Source: a virus
Taxonomy: Duplodnaviria; Caudoviricetes
Strand: one strand, 5' to 3'
DNA length: 27,982 nt
IMG/VR virus record: IMGVR_UViG_3300049016_000021
Coordinates: 1-27,982 of that record
The position numbers were made by a program, and so were the translations under genes. The notes beneath the pieces were generated by a model, which saw nothing but the letters and a program-made list of their open reading frames with translations, had not been told where the DNA came from and did not search any database. Every line of letters begins with the position of its first letter. Within the stretch, counting starts at the first letter, position 1. Shown one piece after another: positions 15,652 through 24,048 of the stretch.

Positions 15652-16587
15652 TCAGGAATCTATTTCGCGATACCCCGTTCGGGCCTGCCCGCGCGCGCCA
15701 GGCGCTCTTTCCTTCTCGAAACTTTCCATCTTGCCGATCTCGCACAGGCGATTGAGCCAGACGGTGACGTGAATGCGATCGCGCTTCATCCGCGCCGCGA
15801 TTTGGTCCGCCTCGTCGTAGCCTTGCCGAATCAGGTCATAGATCGTTTCTTCGACGGACTGTGACGGCAGCGTCAGTTCGTATTGAACCTCTTCCAAGTA
15901 GCCGCTGATCAGATTCTGCAACCTCGGCGCGACGCTGATCAACTGCCTACATGCCCCCTGAAAACCCTCCCACGCTGCGAGTACGTCTTCCTGATCGCAC
16001 AGGGCCGGGACGGTTTCATCAAGCGGGGGCGCTTTTCGTTCTTTCAGCATTCGCCATGCGTCCTTTGTTGAGAAAAACGGATTCTCGCTCTTTAGTTTGG
16101 CGAACGTTTCGATAGTGGCCCACGGATCGTCAGTGCAAAGAGCCGCCCGGTAGAAATCCTTTTCTCGCAGGTGCCGCAAAGAACCGTTCTGAAACTCTCT
16201 AGTGCTAGCGCTAGCACTAGAGAAAAACGTCTCATGAATGCTCGCATTCTCATAGATGGCCCTTGGCGAAACGGCGCAAAGATTGGCGTATTGCTGGACC
16301 GCCTTGGCCACTTGCTGGCCTTCCAAATCATGTCGGCCCCTGGCGGCTCTCGGCTGGGACCGCTTAACCACCACCGCGTCACAGGCGGCCTCGACGCGCC
16401 ACGACATATAACCCAACGTATCCACCTGCTGGCGCGCTTCCAGTAGATCCTCGTCCGCCATATTTGGCAATTCAGAAATGATCTGGTCGGCAGTTAATTC
16501 AACGCTATTGAAAAAACCGATCGCACTGCTCGCAATCTGCTGTGAGGGATTTGAAATTGATGTCACCTGTAAAGCTCCTGTGGTCAT
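15652..16587 (-). CDS. Putative DNA-binding protein with central HTH and C-terminal winged-HTH; candidate late regulator
   Basis: VQQYANLCAVSPRAIYE HTH-like segment; C-terminal IYDLIRQG..EADQIAARMKRDRIHVTVWLNRLCEIGK wHTH-like. Start 16587 preferred to TTG 16635. Confidence 0.6.
   Translation of the reverse strand: MTTGALQVTSISNPSQQIASSAIGFFNSVELTADQIISELPNMADEDLLEARQQVDTLGYMSWRVEAACDAVVVKRSQPRAARGRHDLEGQQVAKAVQQYANLCAVSPRAIYENASIHETFFSSASASTREFQNGSLRHLREKDFYRAALCTDDPWATIETFAKLKSENPFFSTKDAWRMLKERKAPPLDETVPALCDQEDVLAAWEGFQGACRQLISVAPRLQNLISGYLEEVQYELTLPSQSVEETIYDLIRQGYDEADQIAARMKRDRIHVTVWLNRLCEIGKMESFEKERAPGARGQARTGYREIDS
16196..16223. repeat. Perfect 28-bp palindrome inside the CDS
   Basis: TCTCTAGTGCTAGC|GCTAGCACTAGAGA. 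Confidence 0.95.
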
Positions 16588-16600
16588 CGTGTGTCTCAGG

Positions 16601-17041
16601 TTAAAGCGACGCGTTGCCGCCTTGTTGATAAGCAATCTTCTCCAACTCCCCGCTCTCCTCCTTCTCCCTCAGCGCCTGCAACGCGTGGTCAAGGTCGGCT
16701 TGCGTTTTAGGCGAGAGCGGTTCGGTGAGCGCGCGGTATGAGGCAATAGCAGCCCGCAAATCCTCATTGGCCGGGTTGTACCTGTCGAAATATTCCTTTG
16801 CCGACCTCGTTTCTCCAAAAGAGTCAACAGCAGCCAAGTACGCCACCGCCGCCGTCGCCACCTTCCGCGCCGCGTCGAGTTCAAGAATGGAAGATTGTGC
16901 AAGCTGACAAAAGCTCGTGCCTTCACGGCTTGTGGAGACGTGAGGACACGGCTTGCCGCGCAGTTCGGCGTTCTCGGCGGTGAGGCGCGAGTTCTCAGCG
17001 CGCAGGTGAAAAACCTCGTCGAATATGTTTTTGGGTTTCAT
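16601..17041 (-). CDS. Hypothetical coiled-coil phage protein
   Basis: Start MKPKNIF at 17041 by ATGA overlap with the upstream gene, GGAGG RBS. Confidence 0.7.
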   Translation of the reverse strand: MKPKNIFDEVFHLRAENSRLTAENAELRGKPCPHVSTSREGTSFCQLAQSSILELDAARKVATAAVAYLAAVDSFGETRSAKEYFDRYNPANEDLRAAIASYRALTEPLSPKTQADLDHALQALREKEESGELEKIAYQQGGNASL

Positions 17042-17235
17042 TCTCCGTCCTCCTCCTCGCTCCACTCCGGCCACAACCGCGTCATCATTTCGTCAACGAC
17101 CGCGCAGTCGGTATCGGGGATGGAGGGGCATTCGCGTACTAAGTCTTCATTGCTGAGTTTTCTCAACCGGTCCTGCTCGGCGAACGTGGCGAGAATGCCG
17201 GTGAGCGCGTTGTTGGTGATTGGTTGGTTGGTCAT
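17038..17235 (-). CDS. Hypothetical protein (65 aa)
   Basis: Fits the operon, with ATGA coupling to the next gene. Confidence 0.65.
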   Translation of the reverse strand: MTNQPITNNALTGILATFAEQDRLRKLSNEDLVRECPSIPDTDCAVVDEMMTRLWPEWSEEEDGE

Positions 17236-17241
17236 GGTCTT

Positions 17242-17267
17242 TACGAAAGAAACGTTTTGTTAAGAAT
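17242..17267. repeat. Imperfect direct repeat, copy 1 (downstream edge of the PAPS-reductase gene)
   Basis: TACGAAAGAAACGTTTTGTTAAGAAT; 21/26 identical to 18157-18182. Confidence 0.7.
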
Positions 17268-18149
17268 TCACTTCCCGCAGAGCAACCCGCAGGAAACTAG
17301 CGCAATCTCCGTGTCGCAAGGATCATCAAACAGCCCTTTATCAAAGCGGCCGTTGATCGTCCGAACGACTTGACGAGCGCGCGTATCTACTATGCGCTGG
17401 CGCTCGCTTCGCACCTTGTCGTCGGCAAAGAAGCGAGCATTCCAAGTAAAAATCTCGGCGTCTGGTCGTCGCCGGCGCGTACCGAATCGCTCAAACCAGC
17501 ACAATCTTTCGAATAGATCAGGGTGAGTTTCAGCCAGCCAGGCGTATTCGTAGGTTCGCTGATAGAAACAGAAATAGCAGTTAGAGCGCGTTCGGCCGGC
17601 GAAGAGCATTCTTTGTTCCCAAGGTTCCAACTCTTCGATTAGATGAGCGCGCGGCCCCATCAACTCGCAAACTCGGTAGTAAAGCGATGGCCAGAAATAC
17701 GACGGCGGAAGTAAGTCTTTGCGGTTCAAGATTACCCAGACGCCGCGCAAATCAATGCCCATTTCGACCAATGGATAAACCGGCGTCCACAGATCGGAAG
17801 GGCGCACGCCAACGCGGTTTTCATCGGCGCGGAGGCCGTAATAGACCGTGCAATTCTTCGAGCCGTAAAACTTCTCAAGCGGTTGAATCTTGGCTTCCGT
17901 AGTGCAGAAACGCCGAGCATGCGAGGGCAAAATATCGTAGTGCTGAATCAGGCTCTCAAGACTTCTTCCAACGCGTTGAATGCGCCATCCGGTGTCCGCC
18001 TCGACCTTCTCAAGCCAAGCATAGGTCTCCGGCAATTCGCTGCCGATGTCGCAAAATACATATTCGTATGGCAGATCGGGCCGGCGCGCCGTTTGTAGCA
18101 AGGCCGTCGCCAGTGAGTCTTTGCCGCTGATTGGAATAATGTGTCTCAT
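17268..18149 (-). CDS. PAPS-reductase family PP-loop protein
   Basis: ISGKDS PP-loop, E.PETY, RFCT...KI.P, GLRADE.R, RSNCYFCFYQ and terminal CGLLC cysteines. Confidence 0.88.
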   Translation of the reverse strand: MRHIIPISGKDSLATALLQTARRPDLPYEYVFCDIGSELPETYAWLEKVEADTGWRIQRVGRSLESLIQHYDILPSHARRFCTTEAKIQPLEKFYGSKNCTVYYGLRADENRVGVRPSDLWTPVYPLVEMGIDLRGVWVILNRKDLLPPSYFWPSLYYRVCELMGPRAHLIEELEPWEQRMLFAGRTRSNCYFCFYQRTYEYAWLAETHPDLFERLCWFERFGTRRRRPDAEIFTWNARFFADDKVRSERQRIVDTRARQVVRTINGRFDKGLFDDPCDTEIALVSCGLLCGK

Positions 18150-18156
18150 AACTCAC

Positions 18157-18182
18157 TACAAAAGGATTGTTTCGTTAAGAAT
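18157..18182. repeat. Imperfect direct repeat, copy 2 (upstream edge of the PAPS-reductase gene)
   Basis: TACAAAAGGATTGTTTCGTTAAGAAT. Confidence 0.7.
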
Positions 18183-18218
18183 CGCGTTTTAACCGCCCGC
18201 CATTCGTTTTGCCGCGTC

Positions 18219-18515
18219 TTATCCGCACTCGCGCCCTATCGCCTCACCTACCCCGGTTTCTGCCTCAGCAATCGCCCTTTTAGCCTCAAGCAGCGCCGTC
18301 AATCTGACTACTTCGGCGCGAAGCCGCTCAAGCTCCGAGCGCGCGCCATCTCTCCGCTTCCGCTGCCACTTCTTGCTGGCGCCGGTCGCTTTGATCTTGC
18401 AGTCCTCGCAACGCAGTCCGCGCTCTTTTGCCGCCTTGCCACAAGCGACGCAACGCCCGCGAGCCTTTAAACTCTCATAGCGATTCTTCCAGTAAATCCG
18501 GCGCGCCTCGGTCAT
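18219..18515 (-). CDS. Basic Zn-finger protein (CxxC...CxxC) with coiled coil
   Basis: GRCVACG...RCEDC. ATGA coupling. Confidence 0.75.
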   Translation of the reverse strand: MTEARRIYWKNRYESLKARGRCVACGKAAKERGLRCEDCKIKATGASKKWQRKRRDGARSELERLRAEVVRLTALLEAKRAIAEAETGVGEAIGRECG

Positions 18516-18781
18516 ACGTCCAGCTCCTCTTCGGTAAATTCGTTTCCGCCAAGCGTCTCAGCTATCAACCTCTCGTTGGCAGTCCGGCGCGCCCTCACAT
18601 TCATTTCGTCCCGGCGGCGCATTTCGCGCAGTTCCCCGATGATGATTCCGTGCGCTTCCCCCTCTGCGCGGATCGCGCGATAGATACGAGAAAAGACAGC
18701 GGCGAAAACGATAGTTAGAATCGCGAGCGCGAACGCGATAAACAGAACCGCCATTGCCATGTCGTCAATTGAATGGTTCAT
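18512..18781 (-). CDS. Small membrane-anchored hypothetical protein
   Basis: N-terminal TM AVLFIAFALAILTIVFAAVF. ATGA coupling on both sides. Confidence 0.75.
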   Translation of the reverse strand: MNHSIDDMAMAVLFIAFALAILTIVFAAVFSRIYRAIRAEGEAHGIIIGELREMRRRDEMNVRARRTANERLIAETLGGNEFTEEELDV

Positions 18782-19224
18782 TTCGCCTCCAGATAGTTCT
18801 CAATCGTGCTCTTTGCCTCTTCCCAGCCGACACACAAGCACGCGCAATAGCCCTGAGCGGCAAGATCGTTGAGCCATTGCTTTTGCGATTCCGTCGGCCG
18901 TCCACCTTCCACCTTCAATTCGATATACAATCCGTGGTATTGGCCGCGCGGAACTGGAAGGCATAAATCCGGCACCCCAGCGCGCATACCTTCAGCCTTC
19001 AACTTGCCACCTGCGGACTTGGTGCGCTTCCCGGCGTTAGGGATAGCAAAGAGTAGATTGAGTTCCGGCAGTCGGCGCGCCTCGCGCCTTGCCCAGCAAA
19101 ACAATTCAACTTGCTGGAAATGTTCCCGCTGAACCGGCCGTCGCTTCACGACGCGCTGCAAAATCCGCGCTTTCTCGCTCTCACTCGCGTTGCGCCAGGC
19201 GCTTGTAGAAATTCGCTCGGTCAT
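18778..19224 (-). CDS. VRR-NUC domain nuclease (probable Holliday-junction resolvase)
   Basis: E...Q, FAIPNAGKR, GMRAGVPDL, LYIELK, QKQW...L...GY. Confidence 0.92.
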   Translation of the reverse strand: MTERISTSAWRNASESEKARILQRVVKRRPVQREHFQQVELFCWARREARRLPELNLLFAIPNAGKRTKSAGGKLKAEGMRAGVPDLCLPVPRGQYHGLYIELKVEGGRPTESQKQWLNDLAAQGYCACLCVGWEEAKSTIENYLEAK

Positions 19225-19616
19225 TAGGCGACCACCTCCGTTTCTATCAACTCCACCTCTGCCGGATGAACGTTCAACCGCTTCCCGGCGTACCGCGGCG
19301 AGTCGTCGTCAAACAGCACATTGAAATTCGCCGACGAGTTATGGCCGACAATGACGCCGTGAGCGCTCCCGACCTTCACCCGCTGGCCGCATTTGACGTG
19401 CGGCATTCCGCGATACTTCGCGTTGCGCTCGAAGCCTTCAGACGTGCGCGGCTGTCCGAGCTTGCGGGCGCGCATCGCAGTGATAGGAACGTCCGGCCAG
19501 GATTCGGTAACGTCGCGCCAATACTCGGCCTTTGCCTTTCCAGCGCTGCGGTGATTGATAATCTTCGTCCAGTCGGTTCCTTCAACTGAGACTTCAAAAG
19601 CAAACACTTCGTTCAT
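19224..19616 (-). CDS. Hypothetical phage protein with SH3-like C-terminal half
   Basis: GQRVKV....GVIVGHNSSANFNVLFD...NVHP. Coupled to both neighbours. Confidence 0.75.
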   Translation of the reverse strand: MNEVFAFEVSVEGTDWTKIINHRSAGKAKAEYWRDVTESWPDVPITAMRARKLGQPRTSEGFERNAKYRGMPHVKCGQRVKVGSAHGVIVGHNSSANFNVLFDDDSPRYAGKRLNVHPAEVELIETEVVA

Positions 19617-19888
19617 TGATTCCCCCCTCTAATCTCCCGCAACAACTCCGTCACCGCTTCCAGCGCCGTCGCGCCGAAGCCGTACAACGGGCCGGACGAT
19701 TCACCCGCTACCCATTTGCCACCATCTTTAATCGGCGGCGTCAGGCTGATCTTGAACTCCTCGATTGCGGCTACAAGAACCGCCGCTGAACACTCCGGCG
19801 AACATTGAAAGTCTTCCAGCGCCGTTAGCGCCTCGCGCGCGGTGAGATTGCGATCCGGTGATATTGATTTTGCTGTTGCTGTGCTCAT
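19613..19888 (-). CDS. Hypothetical protein (91 aa)
   Basis: AGGAG RBS and ATGA coupling. Confidence 0.75.
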   Translation of the reverse strand: MSTATAKSISPDRNLTAREALTALEDFQCSPECSAAVLVAAIEEFKISLTPPIKDGGKWVAGESSGPLYGFGATALEAVTELLREIRGGNQ

Positions 19889-19901
19889 TGAATCTCCTTT
19901 C

Positions 19902-20279
19902 TTACGCTCCCGCTGTTTGCCTGTAAGTCACCGCTTCAGCCTCGGCCCGGACAGCGCCAAGCAGGCTTTGCAGTGCAGAAATCTGCGTTTTAAGACTCTT
20001 CACCAACTCCCACGCCGCTTCGTGTTCAGCTTCGGCAATGCGGACGCGGTACATGGCTTTATCGGTTTTGATATCCACCAATGCGTTTTTGTGCGTGTCG
20101 GTGAGCTTCTTGCCGGCGTCGTCTTTTTCGAGACTGACTTTTACGAACTCGTTGGCCCGCAACTGCCGGTAGGCGTGCTCCGCCTCCGCGTGCTCAGTCC
20201 CGAACTTGTGGTGCTGGTTATTCGCCTCAGCGAGCCTGTCAATCGCGTTGAGGATTTTTACTTGCAGCTCTTCCGTCAT
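19902..20279 (-). CDS. Helical protein, possibly UvsY-like recombination mediator
   Basis: All-helical 125 aa with K.T....ALV...and QISALQS pattern. Product call is tentative. Confidence 0.5.
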   Translation of the reverse strand: MTEELQVKILNAIDRLAEANNQHHKFGTEHAEAEHAYRQLRANEFVKVSLEKDDAGKKLTDTHKNALVDIKTDKAMYRVRIAEAEHEAAWELVKSLKTQISALQSLLGAVRAEAEAVTYRQTAGA

Positions 20280-20815
20280 GCTGACACCTCCTTAGCCTTC
20301 ACAATCAACGCTTCAACCTTCGATAAATCGACCAACCCGAGCAGGCTGTAGTCCACGTCGCATTCGCCTTCCCAGTCAGTGCTGACGCGGTATGCCCACG
20401 CAGTCAGAAACGTGACTTCCCTTGGCCGACCGCGATCAAACGGCACTTTCCCGTCAAGCAGGCTGTCGCCGAGGGCCTTCAGCTTCTCGACGTAATCGCC
20501 GAACACGCCTTCAGCGCCGACGTTCTCGCGCTCCCACGACAATCCACTTTGTTCGCCTTCGAAGAATTGGCCGAAGAACGCGAAGCGCAAACCAAACCAA
20601 TCTTCGGGCAAATCAAGATAAGCGCCCGATCCGCAATAAGTGGCTTGCGGCCAACTGTCGATCTGATCATTGCGCCAATCGTAAAGCGGCAAGCCGCCTG
20701 GCCAATCATCAGGATTCGGCCTGTTGATTTCGAAATCGTCGAACGCGACTAACTCGCGCTCGCCCTTCTTGCCGCGCCGATATGTCACTGAAACTATTTC
20801 GATAGATTTACTCAT
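20276..20815 (-). CDS. Hypothetical acidic protein (179 aa)
   Basis: Start MSKSIEIV at 20815 (ATGA overlap, GGAGG RBS). Confidence 0.75.
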   Translation of the reverse strand: MSKSIEIVSVTYRRGKKGERELVAFDDFEINRPNPDDWPGGLPLYDWRNDQIDSWPQATYCGSGAYLDLPEDWFGLRFAFFGQFFEGEQSGLSWERENVGAEGVFGDYVEKLKALGDSLLDGKVPFDRGRPREVTFLTAWAYRVSTDWEGECDVDYSLLGLVDLSKVEALIVKAKEVSA

Positions 20816-21006
20816 GCCGCCTCCCCTTGCTCCCACTCCGTCAGCGGACGCAGCGTCTGTTCAACCTCAAACGAGTCGCGCAGAGCCGCCGTTTCCAGAT
20901 CGTCGCAGTCAACGCATTGGGGTTCGCCGTTGTCCGACTGCGCCCATATTTCTTTGCCGCAGAAACGGCACTCGGTGCGAATGGTTGTCGCTTCAGGTTT
21001 GCTCAT
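20812..21006 (-). CDS. Small Zn-ribbon protein
   Basis: Start MSKPEA at 21006 (TAATG overlap). CRFC...CVDC. Confidence 0.72.
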   Translation of the reverse strand: MSKPEATTIRTECRFCGKEIWAQSDNGEPQCVDCDDLETAALRDSFEVEQTLRPLTEWEQGEAA

Positions 21007-21206
21007 TAAATATTCAACGCCTCCGCGAGCGCCCGGACGGCGCGCTGGTAAGAATCTGGCGTCAAATTGCACTCCTTAATTACCGCAGCGGCAGACTTGT
21101 AAAGACGCTCTCTGCCTTCTTTATCCTCGCCTTTGCCTAGCCTTCCGGCGGATTCGATAATTCGCTTGATGCCGATTTCGTTTAACTCTTCGTCAGTTGG
21201 CGCCAT
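21006..21206 (-). CDS. Hypothetical protein (66 aa)
   Basis: TAATG coupling on both sides. Confidence 0.72.
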   Translation of the reverse strand: MAPTDEELNEIGIKRIIESAGRLGKGEDKEGRERLYKSAAAVIKECNLTPDSYQRAVRALAEALNI

Positions 21207-21505
21207 TACGCTGTCACCCCCTTTGCTTTCGCCTTGAAGGCTTCATGAATCCTCAACAGTTCCAACCGCCTCGCTTGCCACCCCGTAATCGGATTGTCGA
21301 AATCCGCGTACTGCCAAAGCGGGTGCGGGAACGTAAGGCACTTTTCGCACTTGCCGGACGCGTCCTTCGTGTGCTTGCCGCCGCGTGGACAATCCACTTG
21401 TTCAATCGGCGTCCAGCCGGCTTCCATAAGCCACCAACCGAGTGTGCCGTCGCGGAATTTGAGTTTGTCAGCTTTCGATTTCGACATGGCTTTGAACTTC
21501 CACAA
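21206..21505 (-). CDS. Hypothetical Cys/His-containing protein; start may be MSKSK at about 21487
   Basis: CPRGGKH...CEKC motif. Fits the operon. Confidence 0.65.
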   Translation of the reverse strand: MWKFKAMSKSKADKLKFRDGTLGWWLMEAGWTPIEQVDCPRGGKHTKDASGKCEKCLTFPHPLWQYADFDNPITGWQARRLELLRIHEAFKAKAKGVTA

Positions 21506-21698
21506 TTACCCAGAATTTCCCACTCTTTGTCGCGACCACGACCTGGCGCTCGAAGACGGTTGCGGCGCCGATCTCGGCAAAGAGTGAATCCCCTGCCGGC
21601 CGTATGTCGCGAACAGTCCTTGAAACGCTTGTGCGCCGTGGCGTGTCGCGCAACTCTTCCGGCAGTCGAATGTTTTGCAGTCGTCGGTAGGTGTTCAA
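21468..21698 (-). CDS. Hypothetical protein (76 aa)
   Basis: TTG start overlapping the loader stop (TTGA). Confidence 0.55.
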   Translation of the reverse strand: MNTYRRLQNIRLPEELRDTPRRTSVSRTVRDIRPAGDSLFAEIGAATVFERQVVVATKSGKFWVIVEVQSHVEIES

Positions 21699-22447
21699 AA
21701 CATTTCCTTTCTAGCCATGCCGTCGAGTTCCAGCAGCCGCCGCATTATTGAAACGCCGTATTGCTCGGACGCTTTCGACCAGTGCGCGCGCAAGTCGTCT
21801 TTGGATAGGTTCGACGTGACAACCAATTGGTGGTGGCCGGCATAAATCGCGTCCATGAGCAAAAACAATTGCTCTGTCGCGAACTCTGTTGCGCGCGCCT
21901 TGTCGAACTCGTCAAGGAATATCAGCCAGCGGCGCTTGTCTGACCTCAAATCAGCCGACAGAACGGACGGCAGCTTATCGTCGCCGCACTCATAGCGCCG
22001 GTATTCGGACATAAGTTCAGCCAGTGGCGCCGCAATGGCGGGACGGCCGTCCTCGACAGCGCGCTTGTACAGCAGCCAGCCGAAAAGAGACTTGCCACAG
22101 CCAACACGCCCGCAAAGCAGAATGCTGGTGTCCGCCGCAGACTGCAGCGCCGGGACCAGTGACGCCTGGCCTTCGTGCCTGTTCGTGTCCGGCCGGATAG
22201 TCGCCAAATCGAAGCCGCGATATTCAGCCGGGATTCTGTCCAACAACCTCACCCGCAGTTTGGCTTGCAGGCAGTCGCACTGCTTGGCACCGCGCACGGT
22301 AACGATCCATTCCAGATCCTGGCACTTGGCGCAGGTGTAGACGGAATCAGAGAACTTTGCAGTCGCGGATTCCATAGTCTTCTGTAGTCCTTCGAGCGCC
22401 GTTTTGAGTGGTGTCATTTCCGTTTTTACCAGTTTCAGATTTGCCAT
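21695..22447 (-). CDS. DnaC/IstB-like AAA+ helicase loader
   Basis: CAKC...CDC Zn motif, Walker A GRVGCGKS, Walker B IFLDE, VVTSN. Follows the initiator. Confidence 0.9.
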   Translation of the reverse strand: MANLKLVKTEMTPLKTALEGLQKTMESATAKFSDSVYTCAKCQDLEWIVTVRGAKQCDCLQAKLRVRLLDRIPAEYRGFDLATIRPDTNRHEGQASLVPALQSAADTSILLCGRVGCGKSLFGWLLYKRAVEDGRPAIAAPLAELMSEYRRYECGDDKLPSVLSADLRSDKRRWLIFLDEFDKARATEFATEQLFLLMDAIYAGHHQLVVTSNLSKDDLRAHWSKASEQYGVSIMRRLLELDGMARKEMF

Positions 22448-23477
22448 TGAATGTCCCTCCGTTGGTTCGTCCCTGCGCTTCGTCCCAGGCGAGTTGCAAG
22501 GCTGGCGTCAGCGCCACACCGGCCTTGTACCGATTGAAAGCCAACACCATTACCCGCACGTTATGCGCGTACCTGTTGCCGGTTTCGGCAAGCTCGCGCA
22601 GAAATCTCAGCCAATCCTCTGGCGCAACCTCGATTTCCGCGCCGGTTGCACTCGCAATCAAGTCCGCCTGCGCCGTGTTCAGCGCTTTAAACCCGAGAAT
22701 GTCCCGATAGGCGTTCACCGCGGCGTGATTGTGAAACCGGCTTTTAGGCGCAGCCGGTTTTTTGCTCGAGCTTCCCTTCCCCGCGGTTTTGGAATCTGCC
22801 GGATTCGTCGGCGAAGCCGGAATATCTTTGCTGGTTCTCTTTGCTGGTTCTCTTTGCTGGTTCTTCCTTACATGCAAGTCTTGTTTTTGAGACTCGTCAG
22901 TCTTGTTTTCAAGACTCTCAGTCTTATTTTCAAGACTCTCACCATCGGTAGCAGTCTCGTTTTCAAGACTTTCGGCCCCTTCAGTCTTATTTTTAAGACT
23001 GACCGTCGGAAGCTCGATAACGTCAGCCGCTTCAACGTTATCAGTCTCAATTTCAAGACTCGGCGGGACAGTGTCTTCAGCCTCTTCAATCTCGTTTTCA
23101 AGACTGAGAGTCTTGTTTTTAAGACTGTCGCCGCCGCTGCCGTTATCCTCTTTATTCAGTTCGTGGATAGTCTTGTTTTTAAGACTATTGAAGCCGAATA
23201 GCTGAATCGCGTAATTCCCTTCGAACTCGGCCCAGCCCTTAGTCGCGAGTTCTTTCCTCAGCGCGAACACGCGAGCCCGTGACAGCTTGAGAGCGTCCTG
23301 CGTCGTCGAAAGTGACGGACAGCATTTGCCGTTAACCTGGTTCCGGCAGCGGCAGAGAAACGTGTAGAGATCCCGCGCGCCGCTGGTCAGTTCGCTGTAC
23401 ATTCGATCAATTGCGTTGTCTGGAATGATTGCCATTGAATTAAGATCGAACCGCTGGCTTTCTATGATCGACTTCAA
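22347..23477 (-). CDS. Phage replication initiator (N-terminal winged HTH, lambda O-like organisation)
   Basis: ARDLYTFL...CCPSLST....LKLSRARV...RKEL..KGW. Internal iterons. Upstream of the DnaC-like gene. Confidence 0.88.
   Translation of the reverse strand: MKSIIESQRFDLNSMAIIPDNAIDRMYSELTSGARDLYTFLCRCRNQVNGKCCPSLSTTQDALKLSRARVFALRKELATKGWAEFEGNYAIQLFGFNSLKNKTIHELNKEDNGSGGDSLKNKTLSLENEIEEAEDTVPPSLEIETDNVEAADVIELPTVSLKNKTEGAESLENETATDGESLENKTESLENKTDESQKQDLHVRKNQQREPAKRTSKDIPASPTNPADSKTAGKGSSSKKPAAPKSRFHNHAAVNAYRDILGFKALNTAQADLIASATGAEIEVAPEDWLRFLRELAETGNRYAHNVRVMVLAFNRYKAGVALTPALQLAWDEAQGRTNGGTFNGKSETGKNGNDTTQNGARRTTEDYGIRDCKVL
22825..22863. repeat. Three perfect tandem 13-mers adjoining the iterons
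   Basis: (TCTTTGCTGGTTC)x3. Confidence 0.95.
22877..23186. repeat. Nine 18-bp quasi-palindromic iterons; putative replication origin
   Basis: Consensus AGTCTTGTTTTYAAGACT starting at 22877, 22899, 22920, 22953, 22983, 23043, 23088, 23109 and 23169. Confidence 0.92.
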
Positions 23478-24048
23478 ATAGCGATGGAGCCTGGCGCTGC
23501 TTATGACGATCCCGCAAAAAATCAGCCATACGCATGTGTGGCTTGTCGGGGTGAAGATCGAGCGCCAGCAGTCCTACCAACGTGTCAAGGGTGATTTCTT
23601 TTCTGTCCCACTTAATCCACCGCGAGTCGTTGGGGCTGGTCTTCTCGAACTGCAATAGGTGAAATCCCAAATATCGAACCTTGACCTTGCGACCCGCCGC
23701 CGATGACCTCAATTCGTAAGTGTTATCAGTTTTGGCACCGTGTCTGTTCTTGGATTTATTTGTTACTAGCTGATGTTTGAAATTCAATATGTCTGCCTGC
23801 GCCCTGTCGGGTTCAGCGCCGAACTCTTTAACCTCAACGTCCATAATCAATTGATAGTCCCTGGTCTTCGCCCCTTGCAGGTAGGTCATGTACCTGAGAA
23901 TCGTATGGTCCGTATCCGTCCTGACGATATGCGCAACGCTTGGCTGTAATTTCGGACAGTGGCGCATCCATCGGCCGAAGCCCGTTTCCGCCGACGTCTG
24001 GTGGCCGCAATTCTCGCAGGTATAGCGCACGTGAAACGGCTTGGTCAT
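23440..24048 (-). CDS. Putative PD-(D/E)XK nuclease-fold protein with N-terminal CxxC
   Basis: Start MTKPF at 24048 (ATGA overlap with the MTase stop, GGAGG RBS). E...TDTD...MDVEVK......Q arrangement. Confidence 0.55.
   Translation of the reverse strand: MTKPFHVRYTCENCGHQTSAETGFGRWMRHCPKLQPSVAHIVRTDTDHTILRYMTYLQGAKTRDYQLIMDVEVKEFGAEPDRAQADILNFKHQLVTNKSKNRHGAKTDNTYELRSSAAGRKVKVRYLGFHLLQFEKTSPNDSRWIKWDRKEITLDTLVGLLALDLHPDKPHMRMADFLRDRHKQRQAPSLFEVDHRKPAVRS

Noticed and set aside
22877-23186. CRISPR-like array of palindromic repeats
   Set aside because: Repeats are only 18 bp, spacers vary from 3 to 42 bp, they lie inside a replication gene and no cas genes are present. Iterons explain them better.
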